NCBI GenBank assembly: GCA_964291285.2
Contig: OZ219785.1
Location: forward strand, 608,001 to 672,000
DNA length: 64,000 nucleotides
Direction of reading: 5' to 3'
DNA from: Alphaproteobacteria bacterium
GTDB lineage: Bacteria; Pseudomonadota; Alphaproteobacteria; Bin95
Shown: positions 10,249 to 18,393 of the stretch, piece after piece
Numbering within the stretch: the first letter of the stretch is position 1
Layout: the number at the start of each line of letters is the position of its first letter
Made by a program: the position numbers and the translations under genes
Notes under the pieces: model-generated
The model's input: the letters and a program-made list of their open reading frames with translations, nothing else
Told to the model about the DNA's origin: nothing
Databases searched by the model: none

Positions 10249-11127
10249 GTGACGCTCGCCGTTTCCTTCGAATTCTTTCCGCCGAAGACGACGGCGGGGG
10301 AGGGCGGCCTCAGGCGCGCGCTGGATGGCCTGGCGCCGCTCGGGCCCCGTTTCATGTCGGTCACTTGCGGGGCCGGAGGCGGGGCGGGGGAAAGCGCGCG
10401 CGGGCGCACGGCAGCCGTCGCGGCCCGCATCGCGCGCGAAACGGGGCTCGCCGTGGCCGCGCATCTGACCTGCGCCGGCGCGTCGCGGGAGGAGATCGAC
10501 GACACGGCCCGCGCCTACTGGCAGGCGGGGCTGCGCCATATCGTGGCGCTGCGCGGCGACCCGCCTTCCGGCATCGGCGAGCGCTACAGGCCGCATTCCG
10601 GCGGCTATGCCTATGCGCTCGACCTTGTCGCCGGGCTCCGCCGCCTGCACGATTTCGAGATCAGCGTCTCCGCCTATCCGGAGGGCCATCCCGATGCGCC
10701 GGACCCGGCGTTTGAAATCGACTATCTGAAGCGCAAGCTGGACGCCGGGGCGGCGCGCGCGATCACGCAGTTCTTCTTCGAAACCGACTGCTTTCTCCGG
10801 TTCCGGGACAGGTGCCGCAAGGCCGGGATCGATTGCGAGATCGTTCCGGGCATCCTGCCTGTCGGCAATTTCACCCAGGCGAAGCGGTTCGCCGCGCTTT
10901 GCGGAACGCGGGTGCCGGCCTGGCTCGAAGCCCAGTTCGAGGGCCTCGACGACGACCCGGAGACACGGCGCATGGTCGCGGCCACGGTCGCGGTCGAACA
11001 GTGCCGGCGCCTGGAGGCCGAGGGCGTGGGAAGCCTCCATTTCTACACCCTCAACCGGCCGGAGCTCACCCGGGCGGTCTGCCACATGCTGGGCGTGCGT
11101 GCGAATCTGCGCCGGTCGGCGGCCTGA
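10249..11127 (+). CDS. metF: 5,10-methylenetetrahydrofolate reductase
   Basis: VSFEFFPPK, AAHLTC, IVALRGDPP, AYPEGHP, AITQFFF, LHFYTLNR; GTG start inferred. Confidence 0.96.
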   Translation: MTLAVSFEFFPPKTTAGEGGLRRALDGLAPLGPRFMSVTCGAGGGAGESARGRTAAVAARIARETGLAVAAHLTCAGASREEIDDTARAYWQAGLRHIVALRGDPPSGIGERYRPHSGGYAYALDLVAGLRRLHDFEISVSAYPEGHPDAPDPAFEIDYLKRKLDAGAARAITQFFFETDCFLRFRDRCRKAGIDCEIVPGILPVGNFTQAKRFAALCGTRVPAWLEAQFEGLDDDPETRRMVAATVAVEQCRRLEAEGVGSLHFYTLNRPELTRAVCHMLGVRANLRRSAA

Positions 11128-11133
11128 GCGCGT

Positions 11134-14100
11134 TCACTTCCGGGTCAGCGAAAACTCGATGCGCCGGTTGCGCCGGTAGGCTTCCCTTGTGTCCGCCGGA
11201 TCGAGCGGGTGGTATTCGCCGAACCCGGTGGCGGCCAGCCGCTCGGCGGGCACGCCGGCCTCCTGCAGCAGCCTGACCACCGCAACCGCCCGCGCGACCG
11301 ACAGTTCCCAATTGGTCTTGTAGGGGGACCGGTCGCGAAGCCGTTGCCGGTCGGTGTGGCCGTCCACGCGCAGCACCCAGTCGAGATCTTCCGGGATCCG
11401 GGCCGCCACATCGGTCAGGGCGCTGCCGATCCGGCGCACACGCTCCTTTCCCTGCCTGTCGAGATCGGCAGAACCGCTCAGGAACAGCACTTCGGCCGGC
11501 AGGTAGAAGCGGTCGTCCTCGGTCCGCACCAATTGCTGGCCCGCCAGCGCCTCGCGCAGCTTGCCGACAAATTCCGAGCGGAAGCGGCGCATCTCGTCGA
11601 TCTTGCGCACGAGCGCGCTGTTGAGCCGCGCGTCGAGAACCAGCGTCTCCGCTCCCTCGGCCTTCGCCTCCGAGGCTTCCAGCGCCGCGTTGAGCCGCTT
11701 CACCTGCTCCTTGAGCGCCCGGATATTGGCGGCCAGCCGGGCGACCTGGGCTTTCGCCAGCCGTGATTCGGCCTCGGCCTTCTCGGCCTGCGTCCTCAGA
11801 TACGCCAACCGGTCGACCTGTTCGGCCTTCTCCGCTTCGAGCTTCTCCCTCGCCGCCTCGAGCGCCCGGCGAAGCGCTTCCAGCCGCTCGATTTCCCCGA
11901 TCTGCTCGTCGATCCGCCGGCGCAGCGAAGCGATGCGGTCCTCGCTGTCCCGCTCGATGGCATCCAGGTCGGCCAGCTGGTCCCGGAGGCGGGTGTTTTC
12001 GACCGCGAGCTGCATCACGCGGGTTTCCGCCGCCTCGTAGAGGGCTCTGTCCACGGCATCCGCCGCGCCGGTCTCGCCGCGCACCGCAACGCCGCGCCGC
12101 AATTGCAGTTCCTCGCGGGCTTCGGCGAGGCGCTTGCGCGCGAGGTCGAGCTGCTGGCGGAGCCGCGCGGCGTTGGCGAGCGCTTCCTCCAGCCTGCCTT
12201 CCCCGACACGCTGGCCCGCGTCGCGTTCCGCGGTTGCTTCGGCAAGCGCTGTCTCCAGCCGGGCGGCTTCGGTGCGCTGCGCGTCCCGCTCGCGTTCCGC
12301 GGCCGCCAGCCGCTCCGCAAGCGACGCTGCGTTCGCTTCCGCCGCCGCGAGCGCTTCCCGGAGCTTCACGGCTTCGGCGGTTTGCGCGTCGCGCTCGGCC
12401 TCCGCGCTTTCGAGCAGCCGGGCGCGGGCGGCTGCCTCCGCCCTCGCTTCCGCGAGCGCCTGCTGCAGCGCGGCAAGCTGCCGGTTCGCCGTTTCCTCGA
12501 ACCGGGCCGTATCCGCTTCCAGCCGCCTGATTTCCTCCCGCCCGGCAGCCTGGCCGGCCTCGGCCTGCTTCAGGCTTTCGGCCAGGGCAACGGCCCTCGC
12601 CTCGGCGGCCGCAAGCGCTTCGGTCAGCGCATCGATCCGCTGCTGCCGGGCAAGGCGGGCGATCTCCGTATCGACGAGCCGGCCGGCAAGGGAGTCGATC
12701 TCCTCCTTCGCCGCCGCCAGCGCATGTTCCAGACCGGCGATAGCCGCGCGGGCGGTTTCCGCGTCCTCGGCAAGCGTCCGCTTCAGGCCCGCGATCTCCC
12801 GCTCGCCGGCTGTCAGCCCGGTTTCGGCTTCGGCGAGGCGCCCGGCAAGGCCCTCCGCCCTTGCCTCGGCCGCCGCAAGCTCCTGTTCCAACGCCGCGAT
12901 GCGCGATGCCGCCGTTTCGGACTCCGCCTCCAGCACCCGTTTGAGGCGGGCGATTTCATCCTCCCCGGCCGCTCGCCGGCTCTCCGTATCCCCCAATCGC
13001 GCGGAGAGCGACGCGGCGTCCGTCCTGGCTTCCGCCAGCGACCGCTCCAGCGACGCCGCCGTCTCGGTTTCCGCCGCCAGCGCCTGCCTCAGCCGCGCAA
13101 TCTCCTCCGCCCCTGCGGCCCTCCGGGTCTCGGTGTCGCCGAGCTGTGCGGAGAGGGACGCCGCTTCCGTCCTCGCTTCGGCCAGCGACCGTTCCAGCAC
13201 CGCCGCCGTTTCCGACGTCTCATCGAGCGCTTGCCTGAGCCTGGCGATGTCTTCCGCCGCAGCCGCCCGCCGGCTTTCCGTATCGGCGAGCCGGGCCGAA
13301 AGGGAGGCGGCGGTCTCCCGTTCCTCCTCCAGCGTCCGTTCCAGCGCCGCAATGTCCGTGCGCGCGGTCTCGGCCTCCGCAGTTCGCGCGGCTTCCAGCC
13401 GGGCGATTTCGTCCCGCGCCGCGAGACGCCGGTCCTCGGTTTCGGCGAGCGCCGCGCCAAGACGGTCGATTTCCTCCAGCGCCCCGGCCAGAGCCTGCTC
13501 CAGGGCCGCAATCCGGGCCCGCGCCTTCTCCGCTTCCCCGGCGCGCGCGGCCTCCAGCCGGGCGATTTCGTCCTGCCCTGCGAGCCGCCGGCCCTCGATA
13601 TCGGCAAGCCGCGCCGCCAGCCGCCCGATCTCCTGCTGCGCGCTTGCCAGCGCCTGTTCCAGAGCCGCGATCCGCGCCCCCGCCGCCCGGGCCTCTCCGG
13701 CGCGCGCCGTTTCCAGTTGCGCAATCTCTTCCCGCCTGGCGTTCAGGTCGGCTTCTGCTTCCGCCAATTGCCGGGAAAGGCGCCCGATTTCGTCCTGGGC
13801 CGCCGCCATCTCTGAGCGTGCGGCATCCGCCTCGGCAAGCCGGCCTGCCTCGGTCTCCTTCAGCCGTTCGGTGAGCCGGTCGATTTCCGCTTCCGCCGCC
13901 GCCAGCGCGCGCTCCAGCCCGGCGATGTCGGATTTCGCCGCATCGGCCTCTTCGGCGCGCGCCGCCTCGAGCCGCGCGATTTCCTCCCGGCCCGCGGCCT
14001 CTCCCGCCTCGGAGTCCGCCAGCCGGGCGGTGAGGCGGCCGATTTCGATTTCCGCCGCCGCCAGCGCCTTCTCCAGTGCGGCGATGTCGGCGGCCGCCGT

Positions 14101-15033
14101 CTCCGTCTTCTCCGCCAGCGCCGTCTTCAGCCGCGCCGCCTCGTCGTTCGCCTGGGCGAGCGCGCGGCGGGCCTCGCCCAGCGCGGCCTTGAGCCGCTCC
14201 GCCTCGGCGGCCTGCGCGTCGCCCTCGGTCCGGAGAGCGGCCAGCTCGTCCTCCAGCGCCGCGCGCGCCGCCAGCAGGCCGCGAACCATCCGGTTGAGCT
14301 CCGCCAGCTTCTCGGCCTGCGCGGCCGTCTCCTCCCGGCTCGCCAGCAGCGCGGCGTCGAGGCGCGCGACCTCGTCGGCGCGGCGGGCGGATTCCTGCTG
14401 CACCGCCTCGATCCGGGCCTTGAGGGCGTCGGCCTCCCGGTCGCGCGCGGCGAGCCGTTCGAGATTGGCGGCGAGCAGGCGCCGCGCCTCGGCAAGCGCC
14501 CTGTCGGCATCGCTTTTCTGCTGCCGGGATTCCGAGAGCGCCGCCTCCAGCGCGTCCCGGCTGCGCTGGAGCGCGATCAGGTTGCGCTCCAGGCGCTCGA
14601 TCTCGCTTTCCTGGATCTGCAGCCTGTCCCGGTCGGCGGCCGCGCTGTCCGTCAGCCGCGCGAAGTCCTCGCGCAGCAGCAGGACGGTGCCGGCGGCCTG
14701 CTCGGCTTCGGCCGTCATCGTCTCCAGCCGGCCGGCATAGTCGTCGCGCGCCTCGGTGACGATGCGCAGCTCGGCCGTCAGCGCCTCGAGGTCGTCGCGC
14801 AGGTCGGCATTGGTCGTCTGCTCGAGCGCCAGCATCTCGGCAAGCTCGGCAAGCTCGCGGTTCAACCGCGACAGCGCCTCGTCGCGCCCGGAGAGCGCCT
14901 CGTTCAGGAAGAACTGCGCCAGAACGAAGACCATGACCAGGAAGACGACGACCATCAGCAGGCTCGCCAGCGCGTCCACGAAGCCCGGCCAGGTGTTGAT
15001 GTCCCGTCTGCGTCTGCTCGTCCTGCCCGCCAT
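11134..15033 (-). CDS. MotB/OmpA-type peptidoglycan-binding membrane protein with very long repetitive coiled coil (1299 aa)
   Basis: WPGFVDAL MotB-like TM segment; C-terminal LRVDGHTD..NWELSVARA..NRRIEF OmpA domain; ~1100 aa of heptad repeats. Confidence 0.88.
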   Translation of the reverse strand: MAGRTSRRRRDINTWPGFVDALASLLMVVVFLVMVFVLAQFFLNEALSGRDEALSRLNRELAELAEMLALEQTTNADLRDDLEALTAELRIVTEARDDYAGRLETMTAEAEQAAGTVLLLREDFARLTDSAAADRDRLQIQESEIERLERNLIALQRSRDALEAALSESRQQKSDADRALAEARRLLAANLERLAARDREADALKARIEAVQQESARRADEVARLDAALLASREETAAQAEKLAELNRMVRGLLAARAALEDELAALRTEGDAQAAEAERLKAALGEARRALAQANDEAARLKTALAEKTETAAADIAALEKALAAAEIEIGRLTARLADSEAGEAAGREEIARLEAARAEEADAAKSDIAGLERALAAAEAEIDRLTERLKETEAGRLAEADAARSEMAAAQDEIGRLSRQLAEAEADLNARREEIAQLETARAGEARAAGARIAALEQALASAQQEIGRLAARLADIEGRRLAGQDEIARLEAARAGEAEKARARIAALEQALAGALEEIDRLGAALAETEDRRLAARDEIARLEAARTAEAETARTDIAALERTLEEERETAASLSARLADTESRRAAAAEDIARLRQALDETSETAAVLERSLAEARTEAASLSAQLGDTETRRAAGAEEIARLRQALAAETETAASLERSLAEARTDAASLSARLGDTESRRAAGEDEIARLKRVLEAESETAASRIAALEQELAAAEARAEGLAGRLAEAETGLTAGEREIAGLKRTLAEDAETARAAIAGLEHALAAAKEEIDSLAGRLVDTEIARLARQQRIDALTEALAAAEARAVALAESLKQAEAGQAAGREEIRRLEADTARFEETANRQLAALQQALAEARAEAAARARLLESAEAERDAQTAEAVKLREALAAAEANAASLAERLAAAERERDAQRTEAARLETALAEATAERDAGQRVGEGRLEEALANAARLRQQLDLARKRLAEAREELQLRRGVAVRGETGAADAVDRALYEAAETRVMQLAVENTRLRDQLADLDAIERDSEDRIASLRRRIDEQIGEIERLEALRRALEAAREKLEAEKAEQVDRLAYLRTQAEKAEAESRLAKAQVARLAANIRALKEQVKRLNAALEASEAKAEGAETLVLDARLNSALVRKIDEMRRFRSEFVGKLREALAGQQLVRTEDDRFYLPAEVLFLSGSADLDRQGKERVRRIGSALTDVAARIPEDLDWVLRVDGHTDRQRLRDRSPYKTNWELSVARAVAVVRLLQEAGVPAERLAATGFGEYHPLDPADTREAYRRNRRIEFSLTRK

Positions 15034-15063
15034 GTCTATGCCGGTTGCCGCGGTCCTCCCGGA

Positions 15064-15840
15064 TCAGAGGCCGAGAATGTCGCGCATGGAGTAGAGGCCG
15101 GGGGGCTTGCCCGCCGACCAGCGCACCGCGCGCAGCGCGCCGCGCGCGAACAGCGAGCGGTCCATGCAGCGATGGGTGAATTCGAGCCGCTCGCCCTCGG
15201 CGACGAACATGACCGTGTGCTCGCCCACCACATTGCCGCCGCGCAGGGTGGCGAAGCCGATGTCGCCCGCGCGCCGCGCGCCTGTGTGGCCCTCGCGGCT
15301 CCATTGGGCCACGGCGTCCAGGTCGGTGCCGCGCCCGGATGCGGCGGCCCGGCCGAGGCCGACCGCCGTGCCGGACGGCGCATCCACCTTGTGCTTGTGG
15401 TGGATCTCCATGATCTCGATGTCGTATTCGTCGCCCAGCATCGCGGCCATGCGCTCGACGGTGGCGAACAGCGCGTTCACCGTCACGCTCATATTGGGCG
15501 CATAGACGATGGGCAGGGTCTCCGCCGACTTCGCGAGCGCCGCCTCCTGCCCGGCGTCGAGGCCGGTGGTGCCGATGACATGGCGCGTGCCGGCCGCCGC
15601 CGCCATCGCCGCATGCTCGACGGTCGGGCCGGGCAGGGTGAATTCGATCGCCGCGTCCGCCGCCCCGAACACCGCCGCCGCGTCTTCGCCGATGGCGACG
15701 CCCCCGCCGAGGTCGCGCCCGAGCGCGGGATGGCCCGGCGCCTCGCAGGCCGCGACGAGTTCCAGGTCGTCCGCCGCGCGCACGAGTTCCACCAGCAGCC
15801 CGCCCATGCGCCCGCCGGCTCCGATGATGCCAATCCGCAT
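15064..15840 (-). CDS. dapB: 4-hydroxy-tetrahydrodipicolinate reductase
   Basis: GAGGRMG, VIGTTG, EIHHKHKVDAPSGTA. Confidence 0.97.
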   Translation of the reverse strand: MRIGIIGAGGRMGGLLVELVRAADDLELVAACEAPGHPALGRDLGGGVAIGEDAAAVFGAADAAIEFTLPGPTVEHAAMAAAAGTRHVIGTTGLDAGQEAALAKSAETLPIVYAPNMSVTVNALFATVERMAAMLGDEYDIEIMEIHHKHKVDAPSGTAVGLGRAAASGRGTDLDAVAQWSREGHTGARRAGDIGFATLRGGNVVGEHTVMFVAEGERLEFTHRCMDRSLFARGALRAVRWSAGKPPGLYSMRDILGL

Positions 15841-15881
15841 TTCTGTCCTCCGGCTCTTGCGGCAACAGGGCTGCATGTAGC

Positions 15882-16664
15882 ATGAAACGGCCCGAAATGA
15901 CCGAAACTCGTATCTATGTCCTCGGCAATGAGAAGGGCGGCACCGGCAAGTCCACGGTGGCGTTCAACCTCGTTGTCGGCCTGCTGCGCGCCGGCAAATC
16001 CGTCGGCTGCATCGACCTCGACCCCCGCCAGGCGACGCTTTCGCGCCAGGTCGAAAACCGCCGCGCCTATGCGGAACGCACCGGAACCGCGCTGCCGCTG
16101 CCGGAGGCCGAAACCGCGGACGGGCCCGAGGCGCTGGGCCGGACGCTGGAAGCGCTGGCGGCGCGGCACGACGCGGTGGTCGTGGACACGCCGGGCCGGC
16201 CCGACGCCGCGTCCCGCGAGGCGCACAGCCATGCCGACGTGCTCATCACGCCGCTGAACGACAGCCATGTCGATCTCGACCTGATCGGCCGGCTGGAGCC
16301 CGGCACGCGCAATGCCGCCCTGCCGGGCGTCTATGCCGAACTGGTCTGGAAGCAGCGGATGATGCGCGCAAAGGCCGGCCGGGAGGCGCTGACCTGGATC
16401 GTGATGCTGAACCGGATGCGCCAGGTCGATGCCCACAACACGCGCGAAGTCCGGAGCCTGCTGCAGAACCTCGCCAAACGCTTCGCCTTCGACATTGCCC
16501 CCGGCTTCGGCGAGCGCATGATCTTCCGCGAGATGTTCCCGGACGGCATCGGGCTGATGGACCTGCGCCAGCCGGGCATCGAACGCACGCTCTCCATGAG
16601 CCACGTCGCGGCGCGCAACGAGGTGCGCCGGCTGCTCGACCTGCTGGGCGTCCCGCCGATCTAG
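15882..16664 (+). CDS. mipZ: Division plane positioning ATPase MipZ
   Basis: GNEKGGTGKST, DLDPRQ, TPLNDSHVDLD, GFGERMIFREMFP.G, SHVAARNEVR. Confidence 0.92.
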   Translation: MKRPEMTETRIYVLGNEKGGTGKSTVAFNLVVGLLRAGKSVGCIDLDPRQATLSRQVENRRAYAERTGTALPLPEAETADGPEALGRTLEALAARHDAVVVDTPGRPDAASREAHSHADVLITPLNDSHVDLDLIGRLEPGTRNAALPGVYAELVWKQRMMRAKAGREALTWIVMLNRMRQVDAHNTREVRSLLQNLAKRFAFDIAPGFGERMIFREMFPDGIGLMDLRQPGIERTLSMSHVAARNEVRRLLDLLGVPPI

Positions 16665-16742
16665 CCGGCTGGGGCCCGCCCTAAACCGTCACCCCCGCGA
16701 AGGAGCGCGTGAAGGAATCGGAGCGGCAGCCGCCCGGCGTCG

Positions 16743-16839
16743 CTCATCCTGAGTAGCGCCGCTTCCGGCGCCAGCCGGGAGCGGCGCGTATCGAAGGACC
16801 GTTCCTCGATACGCGGCTGGCGCCGCTACTCGGGATGAG
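16743..16839. repeat. Alphaproteobacterial REP-like palindrome (CTCATCCTGAG type)
   Basis: CTCATCCTGAGTAGCG...CGCTACTCGGGATGAG with inner CGCGTATCGA/TCGATACGCG stem. Confidence 0.8.
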
Positions 16840-16895
16840 GGGGAGAGGGCGCGGGCGGGCGTTCTTCTGCTACAATCGCGGCAGGGCAGGTTGGC

Positions 16896-18077
16896 ATGGT
16901 GGCGAATCTGGAGATTCCGGCAAGCGGCAGGGCGGTGGATGCGCACTGGCTGCAGCGGGCGCTGGCCGCCGGCGGCGCACCGGACCTCCCGGCGATCCGG
17001 AGTCTCGCCGTCCAGGAGATTGGCGGCGGGTTCGGCCTGCTGGGCGAAATCCTGCGCTGCCGCGTAACCTGGGAGGAGGAGGCCGAAGGGGCGCCCGGCA
17101 GCGTCGTCGTCAAGCTGCCTTCCCCGGATCCGAAAAGCCTGCGCCTGTGCCGGCGCCTGTCGCTCTACAGGCGGGAATACGACTTCTACCGGCATATAGG
17201 CGCACAGGCGCCGATCCGCTCGCCGGCCCTGCTTTACGGCGACTTCGAGCCGGAAAGCCACCGCTTCGTCCTGGTGCTGGAGGACCTGGGCGGGATGGTG
17301 CCGGGGGACCAGATCGCCGGCGCGACCGCCGGGCAGGCAAGGTGCGTTGTCCGCGCGCTGGCGCGGATGCACGGCTTCTACTGGAACAGGACCGACCGGC
17401 CGCCGCTCGCGGGGTTCCACAACTCCTTCAGCCCGAAACGCCTCAGGCTCCTGCAATTCGTCTATCTCGCGAACCTCGCGCCGGCGCTCGACCGCATTGA
17501 GGGCCTCTTCGCGGGCGAAATGCGCCGCGTCGCCAAAGCCTACGGCCTGAGCGTGGCCGACTATCTGGGCAGGATCGCCGCTGCGCCCACCACCCTCGTC
17601 CACGGCGATGTGCGGCTTGACAACATGTTCTTCGACGCCGGCGACGGGGACGCCGCCGCCATGATCGACTGGCAGGTCTGCGGCATCGGCAGCGGCCTCT
17701 ACGACGTCGCCTATTTTCTCGCCGGCAACATATCGACCGAACTGCGCCGCGAAATCGAGCGCGACGCCCTGATGGAATACCGGGACATCGTCGCCGGCAT
17801 GGGCGCGGAAGACTTCACCTTCGAGGATTGCTGGCAGCTTTACCGGCGGAACATGGTTTCGCTGCTGATGGTCGCGGTTCTCGTGTGCGGCGGGCTGGAC
17901 CTCGAGGACGACCGCAAACGGCAGCTGGTGGAAACCGGCGTGCAGCGGACCCTCGCCGCCATCGAGGACCTGGACGCCGCCGAATTCCTGCCGGCGCGCC
18001 GGCCGTTCTTCAGCCTGGCCGGCGGTGTCGCCGCGTTCTTCGGCGCGGCCTACCGGGTGCGCCGGGCGCTGCGCTAG
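16896..18077 (+). CDS. Phosphotransferase (APH/ecdysteroid-kinase-like family)
   Basis: VVKLP, YRREYDFY, LVLEDL, HGDVRLDN, IDWQ, DVAYF. Confidence 0.85.
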   Translation: MVANLEIPASGRAVDAHWLQRALAAGGAPDLPAIRSLAVQEIGGGFGLLGEILRCRVTWEEEAEGAPGSVVVKLPSPDPKSLRLCRRLSLYRREYDFYRHIGAQAPIRSPALLYGDFEPESHRFVLVLEDLGGMVPGDQIAGATAGQARCVVRALARMHGFYWNRTDRPPLAGFHNSFSPKRLRLLQFVYLANLAPALDRIEGLFAGEMRRVAKAYGLSVADYLGRIAAAPTTLVHGDVRLDNMFFDAGDGDAAAMIDWQVCGIGSGLYDVAYFLAGNISTELRREIERDALMEYRDIVAGMGAEDFTFEDCWQLYRRNMVSLLMVAVLVCGGLDLEDDRKRQLVETGVQRTLAAIEDLDAAEFLPARRPFFSLAGGVAAFFGAAYRVRRALR

Positions 18078-18202
18078 CCCGGCGCCCCGACCGCCTGCTC
18101 CCGCGCCCCTTTCGCCGCCGCCGCGAAGGCGGTGCGCCATGCTGTCTGCGGCGGTCCGCAGGAAAATTGGCGGATTTTATCGAAACGACATCATAAAACC
18201 GC

Positions 18203-18211
18203 TTATCCACA
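18203..18211 (+). promoter_or_regulatory. Single consensus DnaA box in an AT-rich intergenic patch
   Basis: TTATCCACA exact match, with a GANTC site nearby. Confidence 0.35.
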
Positions 18212-18393
18212 CACTCATTTAACGAATCATGCCCTATAGAGGGGCGCATTCGGATTTGCCGGCCCGATGACGCGGAATGCTGCGGGCCGGCGGCCGGGGC
18301 GTGCCGCGCCGGACATTGCGCCAGTGCGGCTTCTTTTGGGGGCGGCGGCAGCCGGGGGGCTGGTCGCCGGTTTCGTAATCGAGTGGGATATCC

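Noticed and set aside
18170-18250. oriC candidate
   Set aside because: Only one DnaA box, with no box cluster or clear unwinding element; more likely the autotransporter promoter region
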